DNA from: Chlamydiales bacterium
GTDB taxonomy: Bacteria; Chlamydiota; Chlamydiia; Chlamydiales; SM23-39
Reading direction: 5' to 3'
Assembly (NCBI GenBank): GCA_035479435.1
Contig: DATIIR010000116.1
Span: 1-45,080, forward strand
DNA: 45,080 nt
Shown: piece by piece, positions 26,274-34,260 of the stretch
How positions within the stretch are numbered: position 1 is the stretch's first letter
How the letters are laid out: each line of letters opens with the position of its first letter
Notes under the pieces: generated by a model
The model's database searches: none
What the model saw: the letters and a program-made list of their open reading frames with translations, nothing else
Told to the model about the DNA's origin: nothing
Translations under genes and position numbers: made by a program

Positions 26274-26524
26274 AACCGAAGAGCACACCAGACGAGCGTT
26301 TTCTCATTAAGCTTTATGAGACGGCAATGGAGAATGGCGATCCCCACATGGCGATTGACTTCCGCGGCATTGCCAAGGCCATTGGCCAAAAGGAGACGGC
26401 GATGAAGAACATCATCAAGCATCTGGCGCAAGCCAACTTTCTCAAGAAAGCGGACGACACCTCTGTCTATCTCACAGAGCGGGGCTGTGACTTCGCCCTG
26501 GAAAACTCCAAGCCCGGCTCATGA
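26270..26524 (+). CDS. Small hypothetical protein (possible helical/winged-helix fold)
   Basis: 84 aa with ATGA overlaps on both sides (cysS stop and next start). No motif recognised. Confidence 0.55.
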   Translation: MKPKSTPDERFLIKLYETAMENGDPHMAIDFRGIAKAIGQKETAMKNIIKHLAQANFLKKADDTSVYLTERGCDFALENSKPGS

Positions 26525-27030
26525 AACGATCGCTTTTCCACTGCCTGCTTCTCTTCGGCCCCCTTTACTCAGCTCAAGAAGCTCCCTCCTGCGCACCTAT
26601 TCTGCATTACATTCACGACCATTTATCTTGCTGTGGAACCTTAAAAAATTCCAGTGGATTTGTCTATGTAGATGTCGACGACGGATATATCCATGAGCTC
26701 ATCCCATTCATTCAAGAAGAAGGATTTGAGGAGCCCCCCTATTTTGGCCGTTCGGATCTAGTGGGAGCCCACATCACCGTAATCTATCCAGAGGAGATGA
26801 AGAAATACAACATTCAATCCATCAAAGAATGTGGAACATCTATCCAGTTCACTCCTCGAGCCTGTCAAGTTGTCCATCCTCCCCGTCAGAAGGAGACGGA
26901 CGGGGTCTATTTTATTGTAGTCGACGCACCTCAACTGGATGATCTTCGGAAACAATACGGTCTGCCGAAACGGGAATACGACTTTCACATTACCATCGGC
27001 GTAAAACCCAAAGCCATAAAATCCGCCTAG
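26521..27030 (+). CDS. Signal-peptide-bearing putative 2H phosphoesterase
   Basis: Sec-type N-terminus (MKRSLFHCLLLFGPLYSA|QE). Two H-x-T-x motifs in hydrophobic context, GAHITVIY and DFHITIGV, lie about 70 aa apart. This is the 2H superfamily hallmark. Confidence 0.55.
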   Translation: MKRSLFHCLLLFGPLYSAQEAPSCAPILHYIHDHLSCCGTLKNSSGFVYVDVDDGYIHELIPFIQEEGFEEPPYFGRSDLVGAHITVIYPEEMKKYNIQSIKECGTSIQFTPRACQVVHPPRQKETDGVYFIVVDAPQLDDLRKQYGLPKREYDFHITIGVKPKAIKSA

Positions 27031-27052
27031 TCTAAGATATCTGCACGCATAG

Positions 27053-27233
27053 CAAGATCAACGATGAGACCGTTGCATAAAAAGAAAAACAGGATATGCA
27101 TGATCTAAGTGGCATGATCAGCAAGATAAAAAAATATCATATCATGCAAATCATGCTGCGCCAGCAATCATGCCTATCCTGTCCTTCTATTCGGTCAAGA
27201 TATCTGAGGGTTATGCAACGGTTTCAACGATGG
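27053..27233. mobile_element. TIR-bounded palindromic element B (MITE-like, non-coding)
   Basis: The left end (27053-27080) is 28/28 identical to the reverse complement of 33797-33824. The right end carries the inverted core TTATGCAACGG (27211-27221). The interior hairpin (27090-27181) is made of GCATGAT / ATCATGC words. Confidence 0.65.
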
Positions 27234-27294
27234 AAACGATTATTCAGCGGGTTATAGGACCTATTTAAAAACCCCTCCGGAGAGGGGTTTCTGT

Positions 27295-28416
27295 TTAGTA
27301 GTCGAAGCGCATCATGGCAGTTAGGCCCTGGATATAGAGGTTGCCATTTGGATTTCTGCTGTATGATCCCGGTAGAAAGGTGTTGTAGTGGCGGAACATG
27401 TTTTGGTCGAAGAACGCCTGAAATCCATAACCAGCTGACAAATCGACATGCCATCTGTTGCAATGGAAATAAGACCCCCAACCGAGCCCGAGTTCGAAAT
27501 CCAAGTGGGTTCTTAGATAATCAATGTGGGATTGCGTGATATCCTGATTCCACAGTGGGGCAAAGGTATCATGTTCTCTTTCGCTCAGATTGTACCGTGT
27601 ATAGAGCATGTCCACGGCAGCATCGCCATAGACTCTAAAGCCAGATCTGAATAACCAATTTGCGCCAACCCCTGCGCGAGGACCAATTCCCCAAGAGACA
27701 GATTGATTGATAGTCGTCCACTCCCGGACCAATCCCACGTCGGGCGGCACGGTGGCGGGTGGCTCCGCGTAAACGGCAGTATGCTTTTGACGGATCCAAG
27801 CTCCTCTTAAGCCGAAATAGGGTCGGAGAGATAACTTTCTCCCGACATAATAGCTCCTTGCTAGTTCGGCATCGAGGAAATCGAACTTGAAGCGCCAAGT
27901 TCCTACAACAGAGGTGTACGATGCAGCTTCATTCAAAGGACTTCCCCACAAAGGGAGAATATTACCAAGTGCAGTTGTTGGTGCATGGGCATCCGTGCTA
28001 TTCTTCCCATGGAGCCAGGTATATTCGGCGTAGCCGTCCCAACCGTCGTAATCAAAATTCATTCCAACCCCCACTTTAAAACCGGGTTTATACTGGAAGT
28101 TCTCATTGATTAGATTTCCCTGGATCCCAGATACATCTGTGTCAGCTTGGGCTATTGTATCGGCAATTCCAAGCTCCATGTTTTCTTGCTTAGGTTGCCA
28201 ATAGATGAAACTGCCTTCCGCGTAGACGTCATAACATCTATCCACCTGGATGCGGGCAGGTGCATTATAAGCCGCTGGTAGCTGAGTACAGACCAGCTCG
28301 TGGCCCTGCTCGTAGAATGGACCAGATGGACAACACTGATTGTCTTCGCCGAATGCAGAACTGGCAGCAATGAGCGATACCACCACCCAAGGTGCTGTTT
28401 TAGGGAATAAGTTCAT
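27295..28416 (-). CDS. MOMP-like Cys-rich outer-membrane porin, paralog 1
   Basis: Signal peptide MNLFPKTAPWVVVSLIAASSAFG, Cys cluster (QCCPSG...VCTQ), alternating beta-strand pattern and a C-terminal MMRFDY aromatic terminus. Confidence 0.8.
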   Translation of the reverse strand: MNLFPKTAPWVVVSLIAASSAFGEDNQCCPSGPFYEQGHELVCTQLPAAYNAPARIQVDRCYDVYAEGSFIYWQPKQENMELGIADTIAQADTDVSGIQGNLINENFQYKPGFKVGVGMNFDYDGWDGYAEYTWLHGKNSTDAHAPTTALGNILPLWGSPLNEAASYTSVVGTWRFKFDFLDAELARSYYVGRKLSLRPYFGLRGAWIRQKHTAVYAEPPATVPPDVGLVREWTTINQSVSWGIGPRAGVGANWLFRSGFRVYGDAAVDMLYTRYNLSEREHDTFAPLWNQDITQSHIDYLRTHLDFELGLGWGSYFHCNRWHVDLSAGYGFQAFFDQNMFRHYNTFLPGSYSRNPNGNLYIQGLTAMMRFDY

Positions 28417-28473
28417 TTTTGCTCTCCAATTTGGATGATCGTATTTATTTTTCCGTCCTTGAATGCGGGACTA

Positions 28474-29598
28474 CTAGTAGTCTATGCGCATCATCGCTGT
28501 TAGTCCTTGGATATAGAGGTTGCCATTTGGGCTAAAACTGTATCCCACTTCGCCAGCATTAAAATGGCGGAACATGTTTTGGTTGAAAAATGCTTGGAAT
28601 CCATAACCTGCTGACAAATCGACATGCCACCTGTCGCAATGGAAATAAGACCCCCAGCCGATCCCAAGTTCGAGATCGAGGTGAGTTCTCAGATAACCGG
28701 TGTCGCTCTGTGTTATATTCTGAGCCCATGCCGTATCCAGCGTATCCGCTTCTCTCACTTTCACATCGTAATGTGTATAGAGAATATCTGCTGCGCTATC
28801 GCCGTAGATTCTAAATCCGCGTCCCAACATCCAATTTGCGCCAATCCCCGCGCGAGGACCAATCCCCCAAGAGACGGATTGATTTTTGATTGTCCAGTTG
28901 GAGACGCCATTTGCATTATCTGAGCTGTCAGTGTTGATGTAATGGGCAATGTGCTTTTGACGGATCCAAGCTCCTCTTAAACCAAAATAAGGGTAGAGGG
29001 ACAATCTTTTTCCGACATAATAGCTTCTCGATAACTCTCCATCGAGGAAATCGAACTTGAAGCGCCAAGTTCCTTCTGCGGAAGTGAACGTGTTCAAACC
29101 ATGCACAGGACTTCCCCACAGGGAGAGAATATTTCCCCCTGGGGTACCAGGTCCGTTTGAGCTTGTGGTATTCGTTCCATGGAGCCATGTATATTCGGTA
29201 TAAGCATCCCACTCATCGTACGCAAAATTCATTCCAATCCCAACTTTGAAGCCAGGTTTGTACTGGAAATTTTCGTCGATGAGATTCCCCCGAATCCCGT
29301 TGAATTCTATGTCTGGCAACAGTTGTGTATTGGAAACTCCAAGCGCCATGTCCTCCTGTTCTGGCTGCCAGTAGATAAAGCTGCAGTCTGCGTAAATATC
29401 CCAACATCTTTTCACGTCGATGCGGGCGGGGGCGTTATATCCAGCCTTCAGCGGTGGACAGTCCATCCCCTGGCTCTGATCGAGACCACAACACTTCTGT
29501 GCATCAGGTGAACAACATTGATTATCTTTGCCGAATGCAGAACTAGCAGCAATGAGCGATACCACCACCCAAGGCACTGTTTTAGGGAATAAATTCAT
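28474..29598 (-). CDS. MOMP-like Cys-rich outer-membrane porin, paralog 2
   Basis: Near-identical signal peptide and C-terminus (MMRIDY) to paralog 1. The Cys cluster differs (QCCSPDAQKCCGLDQSQGMDCPP). Confidence 0.8.
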   Translation of the reverse strand: MNLFPKTVPWVVVSLIAASSAFGKDNQCCSPDAQKCCGLDQSQGMDCPPLKAGYNAPARIDVKRCWDIYADCSFIYWQPEQEDMALGVSNTQLLPDIEFNGIRGNLIDENFQYKPGFKVGIGMNFAYDEWDAYTEYTWLHGTNTTSSNGPGTPGGNILSLWGSPVHGLNTFTSAEGTWRFKFDFLDGELSRSYYVGKRLSLYPYFGLRGAWIRQKHIAHYINTDSSDNANGVSNWTIKNQSVSWGIGPRAGIGANWMLGRGFRIYGDSAADILYTHYDVKVREADTLDTAWAQNITQSDTGYLRTHLDLELGIGWGSYFHCDRWHVDLSAGYGFQAFFNQNMFRHFNAGEVGYSFSPNGNLYIQGLTAMMRIDY

Positions 29599-29619
29599 TT
29601 TTGCTCTCCAATTTGGGTG

Positions 29620-30741
29620 TTAGTAGTCGATGCGCATCATTGCGGTTAGTCCCTGGATATAGAGATTGCCATTGGGACTGTAGCTGTACGCTTCAACTAA
29701 AGCATTAAAATGTCGGAACATATTTTGGTTGAAGAACGCCTGGAATCCATAACCTGCCGATAGATCGACATGCCAAGCGTTACAGTTATAATAGGAGCCC
29801 CATCCGATCCCGAGTTCGAGATCGAGGTGAGTTCTTAGATAACCGACATCGCGTTGTTCGATATTCGGATTCCATGTAAGAAAATCGGTATCGTTTTCCG
29901 TCGTACTCACGTTATAACGTGTATAGAGAATATCTGCAGCGCCATCCGCATAGATCCTAAAGCCGCGCCCAAACATCCAATTCGTCCCGATCCCTACTCG
30001 AGGCCCAACTCCCTGGGAGACGGATCGATCAGTGATGATCCAGTTAGATAGAGTGGCTCCCTCCACTGCCTCGGTATTGACATAATGGGCAAGATGTTTC
30101 TGGCGGATCCAAGCTCCCCTTAAGCCTAAGGAAGGGCGGAAAGACAATTTTTTTCCAACATAATAACTTCTTGCTAACTCGACATCGACGAAATCGAATT
30201 TAAAGCGCCAAGTTCCTTCAGCGCTAGTGAATGACTCTGCGCTATTTTCCCCGTGCTCAGGCATCCCCCACAGCGCAAGAATATTTCCATTGGAACTCGT
30301 GCTATCCGCTCCATGGAGCCACGTATATTCAGCATAGGCGTCCCACGCATCGTATTCGAAATTCATCCCAACCCCTATTTTGAAGCCAGGTTTGTACTGG
30401 AAATTTTCGCCAATGAAACTTCCCTGCAGTCCGTGCGAGGCTATCTCAGCCTCCAGTATCGTACTTGAAATTCCGAGTTCCATATTCTCTTGCTGGGGTT
30501 GCCAGTAGATAAAGCTGCCGTCCGCGTAGACATTCCAACATCTATTGACATCGATGCGGGAAGAGGCATTATATACAGCTGGCAGTTGAGTGCAGTCCAG
30601 ACCATGGCCCTGCTCATAGAATTGCCCCGGAACACACTTTTTTGCAGGCGCTGGACAGCCCTGATTGTCTTGGCCGAATGCAGAAGTAGCGGCGATGAGC
30701 GATACCACCAGCCAAGGCGCTTTATTAGGGAATAAATTCAT
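29620..30741 (-). CDS. MOMP-like Cys-rich outer-membrane porin, paralog 3
   Basis: The ATG at 30741 (MNLFPNKAPWLVVS...) matches the paralog starts and the shared upstream CAAATTGGAGAGCAAA. The ORF-track TTG at 30753 is less likely. Confidence 0.8.
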   Translation of the reverse strand: MNLFPNKAPWLVVSLIAATSAFGQDNQGCPAPAKKCVPGQFYEQGHGLDCTQLPAVYNASSRIDVNRCWNVYADGSFIYWQPQQENMELGISSTILEAEIASHGLQGSFIGENFQYKPGFKIGVGMNFEYDAWDAYAEYTWLHGADSTSSNGNILALWGMPEHGENSAESFTSAEGTWRFKFDFVDVELARSYYVGKKLSFRPSLGLRGAWIRQKHLAHYVNTEAVEGATLSNWIITDRSVSQGVGPRVGIGTNWMFGRGFRIYADGAADILYTRYNVSTTENDTDFLTWNPNIEQRDVGYLRTHLDLELGIGWGSYYNCNAWHVDLSAGYGFQAFFNQNMFRHFNALVEAYSYSPNGNLYIQGLTAMMRIDY

Positions 30742-30810
30742 TTTGCTCTCCAATTTGGGCGATCGTCGTATCTAGCTTGACCTAGAATTCTCGCACAGTA
30801 TTCTACTGTC

Positions 30811-30840
30811 AAAAGCAAGAGCTTCAGAACAGCTTTTGCT
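30811..30840 (-). terminator. Putative Rho-independent terminator of lysS
   Basis: On the minus strand, AGCAAAAGCT-GTTCTGA-AGCTCTTGCT is followed by TTTT, about 40 nt after the lysS stop. Confidence 0.45.
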
Positions 30841-30881
30841 CATTTTATATACCACTTTGGATTCAACAGGAAGGAAAATTT

Positions 30882-32459
30882 TTAATCTTCGGGGCGCATC
30901 AGGGGGAAAAATAGGACGTCGCGGATCGATTCGGCGTTGGCGAAGAGCATCACTAGACGGTCAATGCCAATTCCGACGCCGCCTGTGGGAGGCATCCCTT
31001 GGCAGATCGCCTCGACGAATTCCTCATCGAGCGGATTGGCCTCGACGTCTCCTTTTTCCTTCTTCTCCGCCTGCTGAACAAGCAGTTGCCTTTGCAGTTC
31101 GGGATCGTTGAGCTCGGTGTAGGAATTGCACATCTCGCGGCCGAGGATAAAGCTCTCAAAACGCTCTACGAAGCCCTCCTTGCGTAGGGCGGGGTCGCGG
31201 TGGGGCTTGCAGAGGGGAGTGGTCTCGATCGGGTGGTCGATGATGTGGTGCGGCTGGATCAGATGGGGCTCGGCAAATTCCTCAAAGAGCATGGAGATCA
31301 GCGCTCCGCGGGGAGCGTGGTGGACACCTTTGGGGTCGATGTGGCTCTCTTTGAGCAGGCGGGCGCGTATTTCCTGATCCGACATCTTGTCGACGTCCAG
31401 ATGGGCATAGGTTTTGATCGCCTCTTTCATGCTGAGCCGCTTCCAGGGCGCCTTGAGGTCGATGACTACCGCGGTGGCCTCCCCTTCGGGCGTCAGCCGC
31501 ACCTTCGTGTCGCCAAAGAGATTGAGCGCAACCGCCTCGAAGAGCCCTTCGGTAAAATCCATCATGTCGCGGTAGTCCCAGCCAGCGGCGTAGGCCTCTA
31601 GCATGGTGAACTCAGGATTGTGGGTCTTGTCGATCCCCTCATTCCGAAATACCTTGCCGATCTCATAGATCTTCTGCATCCCACCGACGATCAGTTCCTT
31701 GAGCGGGATCTCGAGCGAAATGCGCAAAAACATATTTTGATCGAGCGCGTTGAGGTGGGTCGTGAAGGGGCGGGCCTGGGCGCCGCCGTAGGTATTTTGC
31801 AAGACGGGTGTCTCCACCTCTTCGAATTCCCGCTCTTCCAGGTAGTTGCGGATCGTGAGCAAGATGCGCGAACGGCTGCGGAACCGCTCCAGCGATTCGG
31901 GGTGGGTAATCAGGTCAAGCCACCGCTTCCGGTACCGAACGCCCTTGTCGGCCAGGCCGCTGTGTTTATCGGGGAGGGGGAGGAGCGATTTGCACAACAG
32001 AGTCACCGTTTTGGCAAAAATCGTCAGCTCTCCCTTTTGGGTCTTGAAGAGGTGCCCCTCGACGCCGATGATGTCGCCCAGATCCAGTTTTTTCTCGATG
32101 AATTTAAGCGGGGTGAGCTCTTCTGAGGGCGTCAAACCGTGCACCTTGGTCAGATCTCGGTTGCACATGATCTGGATGCGTCCCGTCTCGTCCTGGATGT
32201 TGGCGAAGGCGTTCTTCCCCATCGCCCGAAACAGCACCAACCGGCCCGATACGAACACATGCTGTGTTGTACCCGAGGCGGCATCGTCGAAGTGGCCCAC
32301 CTCTTTCCCCTCGCACTCGAGGGCGATTTGGGCGGCCCTCTGGGTATGGACATATTTGGGGGGGTAGGGGTCGATCCCCAGAGACCTAATTTCTTCCAGT
32401 TTCCGGGAGCGGTTTTGGAATTCTTCGTGTTTGTGGTACTCGGGAACAGGAAACGGCAT
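30882..32459 (-). CDS. lysS: Lysyl-tRNA synthetase, class II
   Basis: 525 aa with an OB-fold anticodon-binding N-terminal domain and class II core motifs (FRNEGID, GGVGIGIDRLVM). Confidence 0.95.
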   Translation of the reverse strand: MPFPVPEYHKHEEFQNRSRKLEEIRSLGIDPYPPKYVHTQRAAQIALECEGKEVGHFDDAASGTTQHVFVSGRLVLFRAMGKNAFANIQDETGRIQIMCNRDLTKVHGLTPSEELTPLKFIEKKLDLGDIIGVEGHLFKTQKGELTIFAKTVTLLCKSLLPLPDKHSGLADKGVRYRKRWLDLITHPESLERFRSRSRILLTIRNYLEEREFEEVETPVLQNTYGGAQARPFTTHLNALDQNMFLRISLEIPLKELIVGGMQKIYEIGKVFRNEGIDKTHNPEFTMLEAYAAGWDYRDMMDFTEGLFEAVALNLFGDTKVRLTPEGEATAVVIDLKAPWKRLSMKEAIKTYAHLDVDKMSDQEIRARLLKESHIDPKGVHHAPRGALISMLFEEFAEPHLIQPHHIIDHPIETTPLCKPHRDPALRKEGFVERFESFILGREMCNSYTELNDPELQRQLLVQQAEKKEKGDVEANPLDEEFVEAICQGMPPTGGVGIGIDRLVMLFANAESIRDVLFFPLMRPED

Positions 32460-32518
32460 AAAATCTCTTAGGTTTTGCCTAATAAAGTTATCCCTTCAGC
32501 CCAGTTTTTGTCCAGGTG

Positions 32519-33382
32519 CTATATGTCTTGTTCGGTTTTGCCGCAGCCGATCGGCTCCAGGATGGGCTTTTTCCCCATCGCACGCAATTGGGCCGAGTGG
32601 ATGGAGATCTTCCCGTCGGGGGCGGGTGGGTCGATCCGCAGCAGCTCATCCGCAAATTCATCGATAAATTGCCGCTGCAGATCCTCGGGCAAATGATCGA
32701 CGAAATTAATGAGAGGCGTGAGCCACGCGATCAATGCGTCTCGATTGGGAAAATGCAGAGGGGCATCGATCTTCGATACGCTCTCCACTTCAAAACCGAC
32801 TTCATTGAGCAGCGCACGATACTCCTCGGGAGTGAAATAGACCCGCACCGGCCTGTAGTCGGGGAAATAGGGTCCCCATTTTTCTGTGCGGGCCATTTTC
32901 TGCGCTAACAGGCCGATATTGTTTTCACAGGGAGCCGGCATTTGAATGAAAACGGTGCCCCCTTTTTTTAGGCTGTCGAAGATCGATCGGAGAGCTTGTC
33001 TTTGTTCAACTACCCAGTGAAACGCATTGAAGGAGACCGCTTTGTCGAAGTGCTCTTTGAAAGCGATCTCAGTTGCGCTTGTCTGCACAAAGGTTAAACG
33101 ACTATCTTCGTGTCGAGAGCGGGCCAAGGCGATCATCTCCTCGGAAATATCGACGCCGACAACGGCTCTCACGCGGTCGCCGATCCATGCGGAGATCTTC
33201 CCATCGCCGCAACCCACATCTAACACCTCATCCTCACTCTCAAAGTGGATGCTGGCGAGCCCATCCATTGCTACATCCCACTGATACTGGGAGTTGGTGC
33301 GGTAGGCATCGGCTTCGGTAATGCCATCAGCAGCAAAGACCGAACCTATTAAGCACAGAGAGACAAACAATTTTGCTAACAT
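32519..33382 (-). CDS. Class I SAM-dependent methyltransferase with an N-terminal signal peptide
   Basis: SAM motif I VLDVGCGDGKIS. Cleavable-looking N-terminus MLAKLFVSLCLIGSVFA|ADG. 287 aa. Confidence 0.8.
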   Translation of the reverse strand: MLAKLFVSLCLIGSVFAADGITEADAYRTNSQYQWDVAMDGLASIHFESEDEVLDVGCGDGKISAWIGDRVRAVVGVDISEEMIALARSRHEDSRLTFVQTSATEIAFKEHFDKAVSFNAFHWVVEQRQALRSIFDSLKKGGTVFIQMPAPCENNIGLLAQKMARTEKWGPYFPDYRPVRVYFTPEEYRALLNEVGFEVESVSKIDAPLHFPNRDALIAWLTPLINFVDHLPEDLQRQFIDEFADELLRIDPPAPDGKISIHSAQLRAMGKKPILEPIGCGKTEQDI

Positions 33383-33486
33383 GGAAATCCGTCACAAGTT
33401 TTTCCGGGCGAGCATGCCAGATCACAATTAAAACCGGAAGGTCAAAAACCTAAGCGGCCCCGCCTTCTGAGGCATTGGACAGAAAA

Positions 33487-33557
33487 AACGATTGAATGAT
33501 GTAACGATTGAACGATAGGAATTTTTTATTTTTTTATCGTTAAATCGTTAAATCGTT
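33487..33557. repeat. Hairpin built from AACGAT(T) / ATCGTT words, abutting element C
   Basis: TAACGATTGAACGATA pairs with TATCGTTAAATCGTTA. A further AACGATT/AATCGTT pair lies beyond a bulge. Confidence 0.6.
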
Positions 33558-33824
33558 GAGACCGTTGCATAACCCCTAGTCCAGCTCCACGCGAAGCTTG
33601 TTTTTCCCTCTGCGTCTCTCTAGCCTCAGGGATCTGCTTTGCCTCTGCGATTGCTCTTTGCGAGAGTCTCGGGTCCAAAACGCCAATGAGAGGATATCGC
33701 AGAGGCAAGGCAAGAACCGAGACGCAGAGACGCAGAGGAAAAATTTTGGAAATATCCCTCAAAACCTCTGGTTTAAATCCTGCTGAGGCTCACGAGTTAT
33801 GCAACGGTCTCATCGTTGATCTTG
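33558..33824. mobile_element. TIR-bounded palindromic element C (MITE-like, non-coding)
   Basis: GAGACCGTTGCATAA (33558-33572) and TTATGCAACGGTCTC (33797-33811) are perfect 15-nt inverted repeats. The right end extends to a 28-mer shared with element B. The interior hairpin (33601-33743) is made of CTCTGCG / CGCAGAG words. Confidence 0.65.
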
Positions 33825-33908
33825 TTGAGGTTATCATGGACTCTCGCTGTACTAATTGTATGTTATCTTTTTCATTTATCATTGATAATAAGCGACTTAA
33901 GTTATATT

Positions 33909-33949
33909 TTGACATTTATTTTGTAATGGTGTAACATTACATGTATACA
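33909..33949 (+). promoter_or_regulatory. Putative trpR/trp-operon promoter (TTGACA-17 nt-TAACAT) with overlapping palindromes (candidate TrpR operator)
   Basis: -35 at 33909-33914 and -10 at 33932-33937. The near-palindrome TGTAACATTACA (33930-33941) and the perfect palindrome TGTATACA (33942-33949) cover the -10/+1 region. Confidence 0.4.
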
Positions 33950-33963
33950 AAGAAGGAAAAGGC

Positions 33964-34245
33964 ATGGAATCGGGAGAAGATGGTTGGTGGGGCTTTCTAG
34001 AGCTCTGCTCGGGGGTCAAGGGAGCTGAGGCGCTCAACGAGCTGCTTTGGTTGTTTTTGACCCACGAAGAGAGGGCCGATATCGCCACCCGCTTTTTGAT
34101 CGTCCGCGAACTGCTGAAGGGAGAAAAGACCCAACGGGAGATCGCCAAGGATCTGGGAGTGAGCATCGCCAAAATCACCCGCGGTTCCAATTACCTTAAA
34201 ACCATTAGCAAAAATCTCAGGAGGCTTTTAGAAAGCAGATCCTGA
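33964..34245 (+). CDS. trpR: Trp operon repressor
   Basis: 93 aa with the TrpR HTH signature REIAKDLGVSIAKITRGSNYLK and the upstream LTHEERADIATRFLIVRELL. Confidence 0.85.
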   Translation: MESGEDGWWGFLELCSGVKGAEALNELLWLFLTHEERADIATRFLIVRELLKGEKTQREIAKDLGVSIAKITRGSNYLKTISKNLRRLLESRS

Positions 34246-34260
34246 AAAACGGAGAAGTTG

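Noticed and set aside
30753-30753. TTG start at 30753, which adds MESK to the third porin.
   Set aside because: The paralogs and the shared upstream sequence support the ATG at 30741 (MNLFP...).
33849-33861. TGTACTAATTGTA, resembling one half-site of the E. coli trp operator (TGTACTAGT).
   Set aside because: It has no symmetric partner half-site and lies about 50 nt upstream of the predicted -35. The similarity is probably chance; the palindromes over the -10 are better operator candidates.
34246-34260. Possible trp leader peptide or attenuator between trpR and trpE.
   Set aside because: Only 15 nt are available, containing just the RBS. No Trp-codon leader ORF or terminator hairpin can fit.
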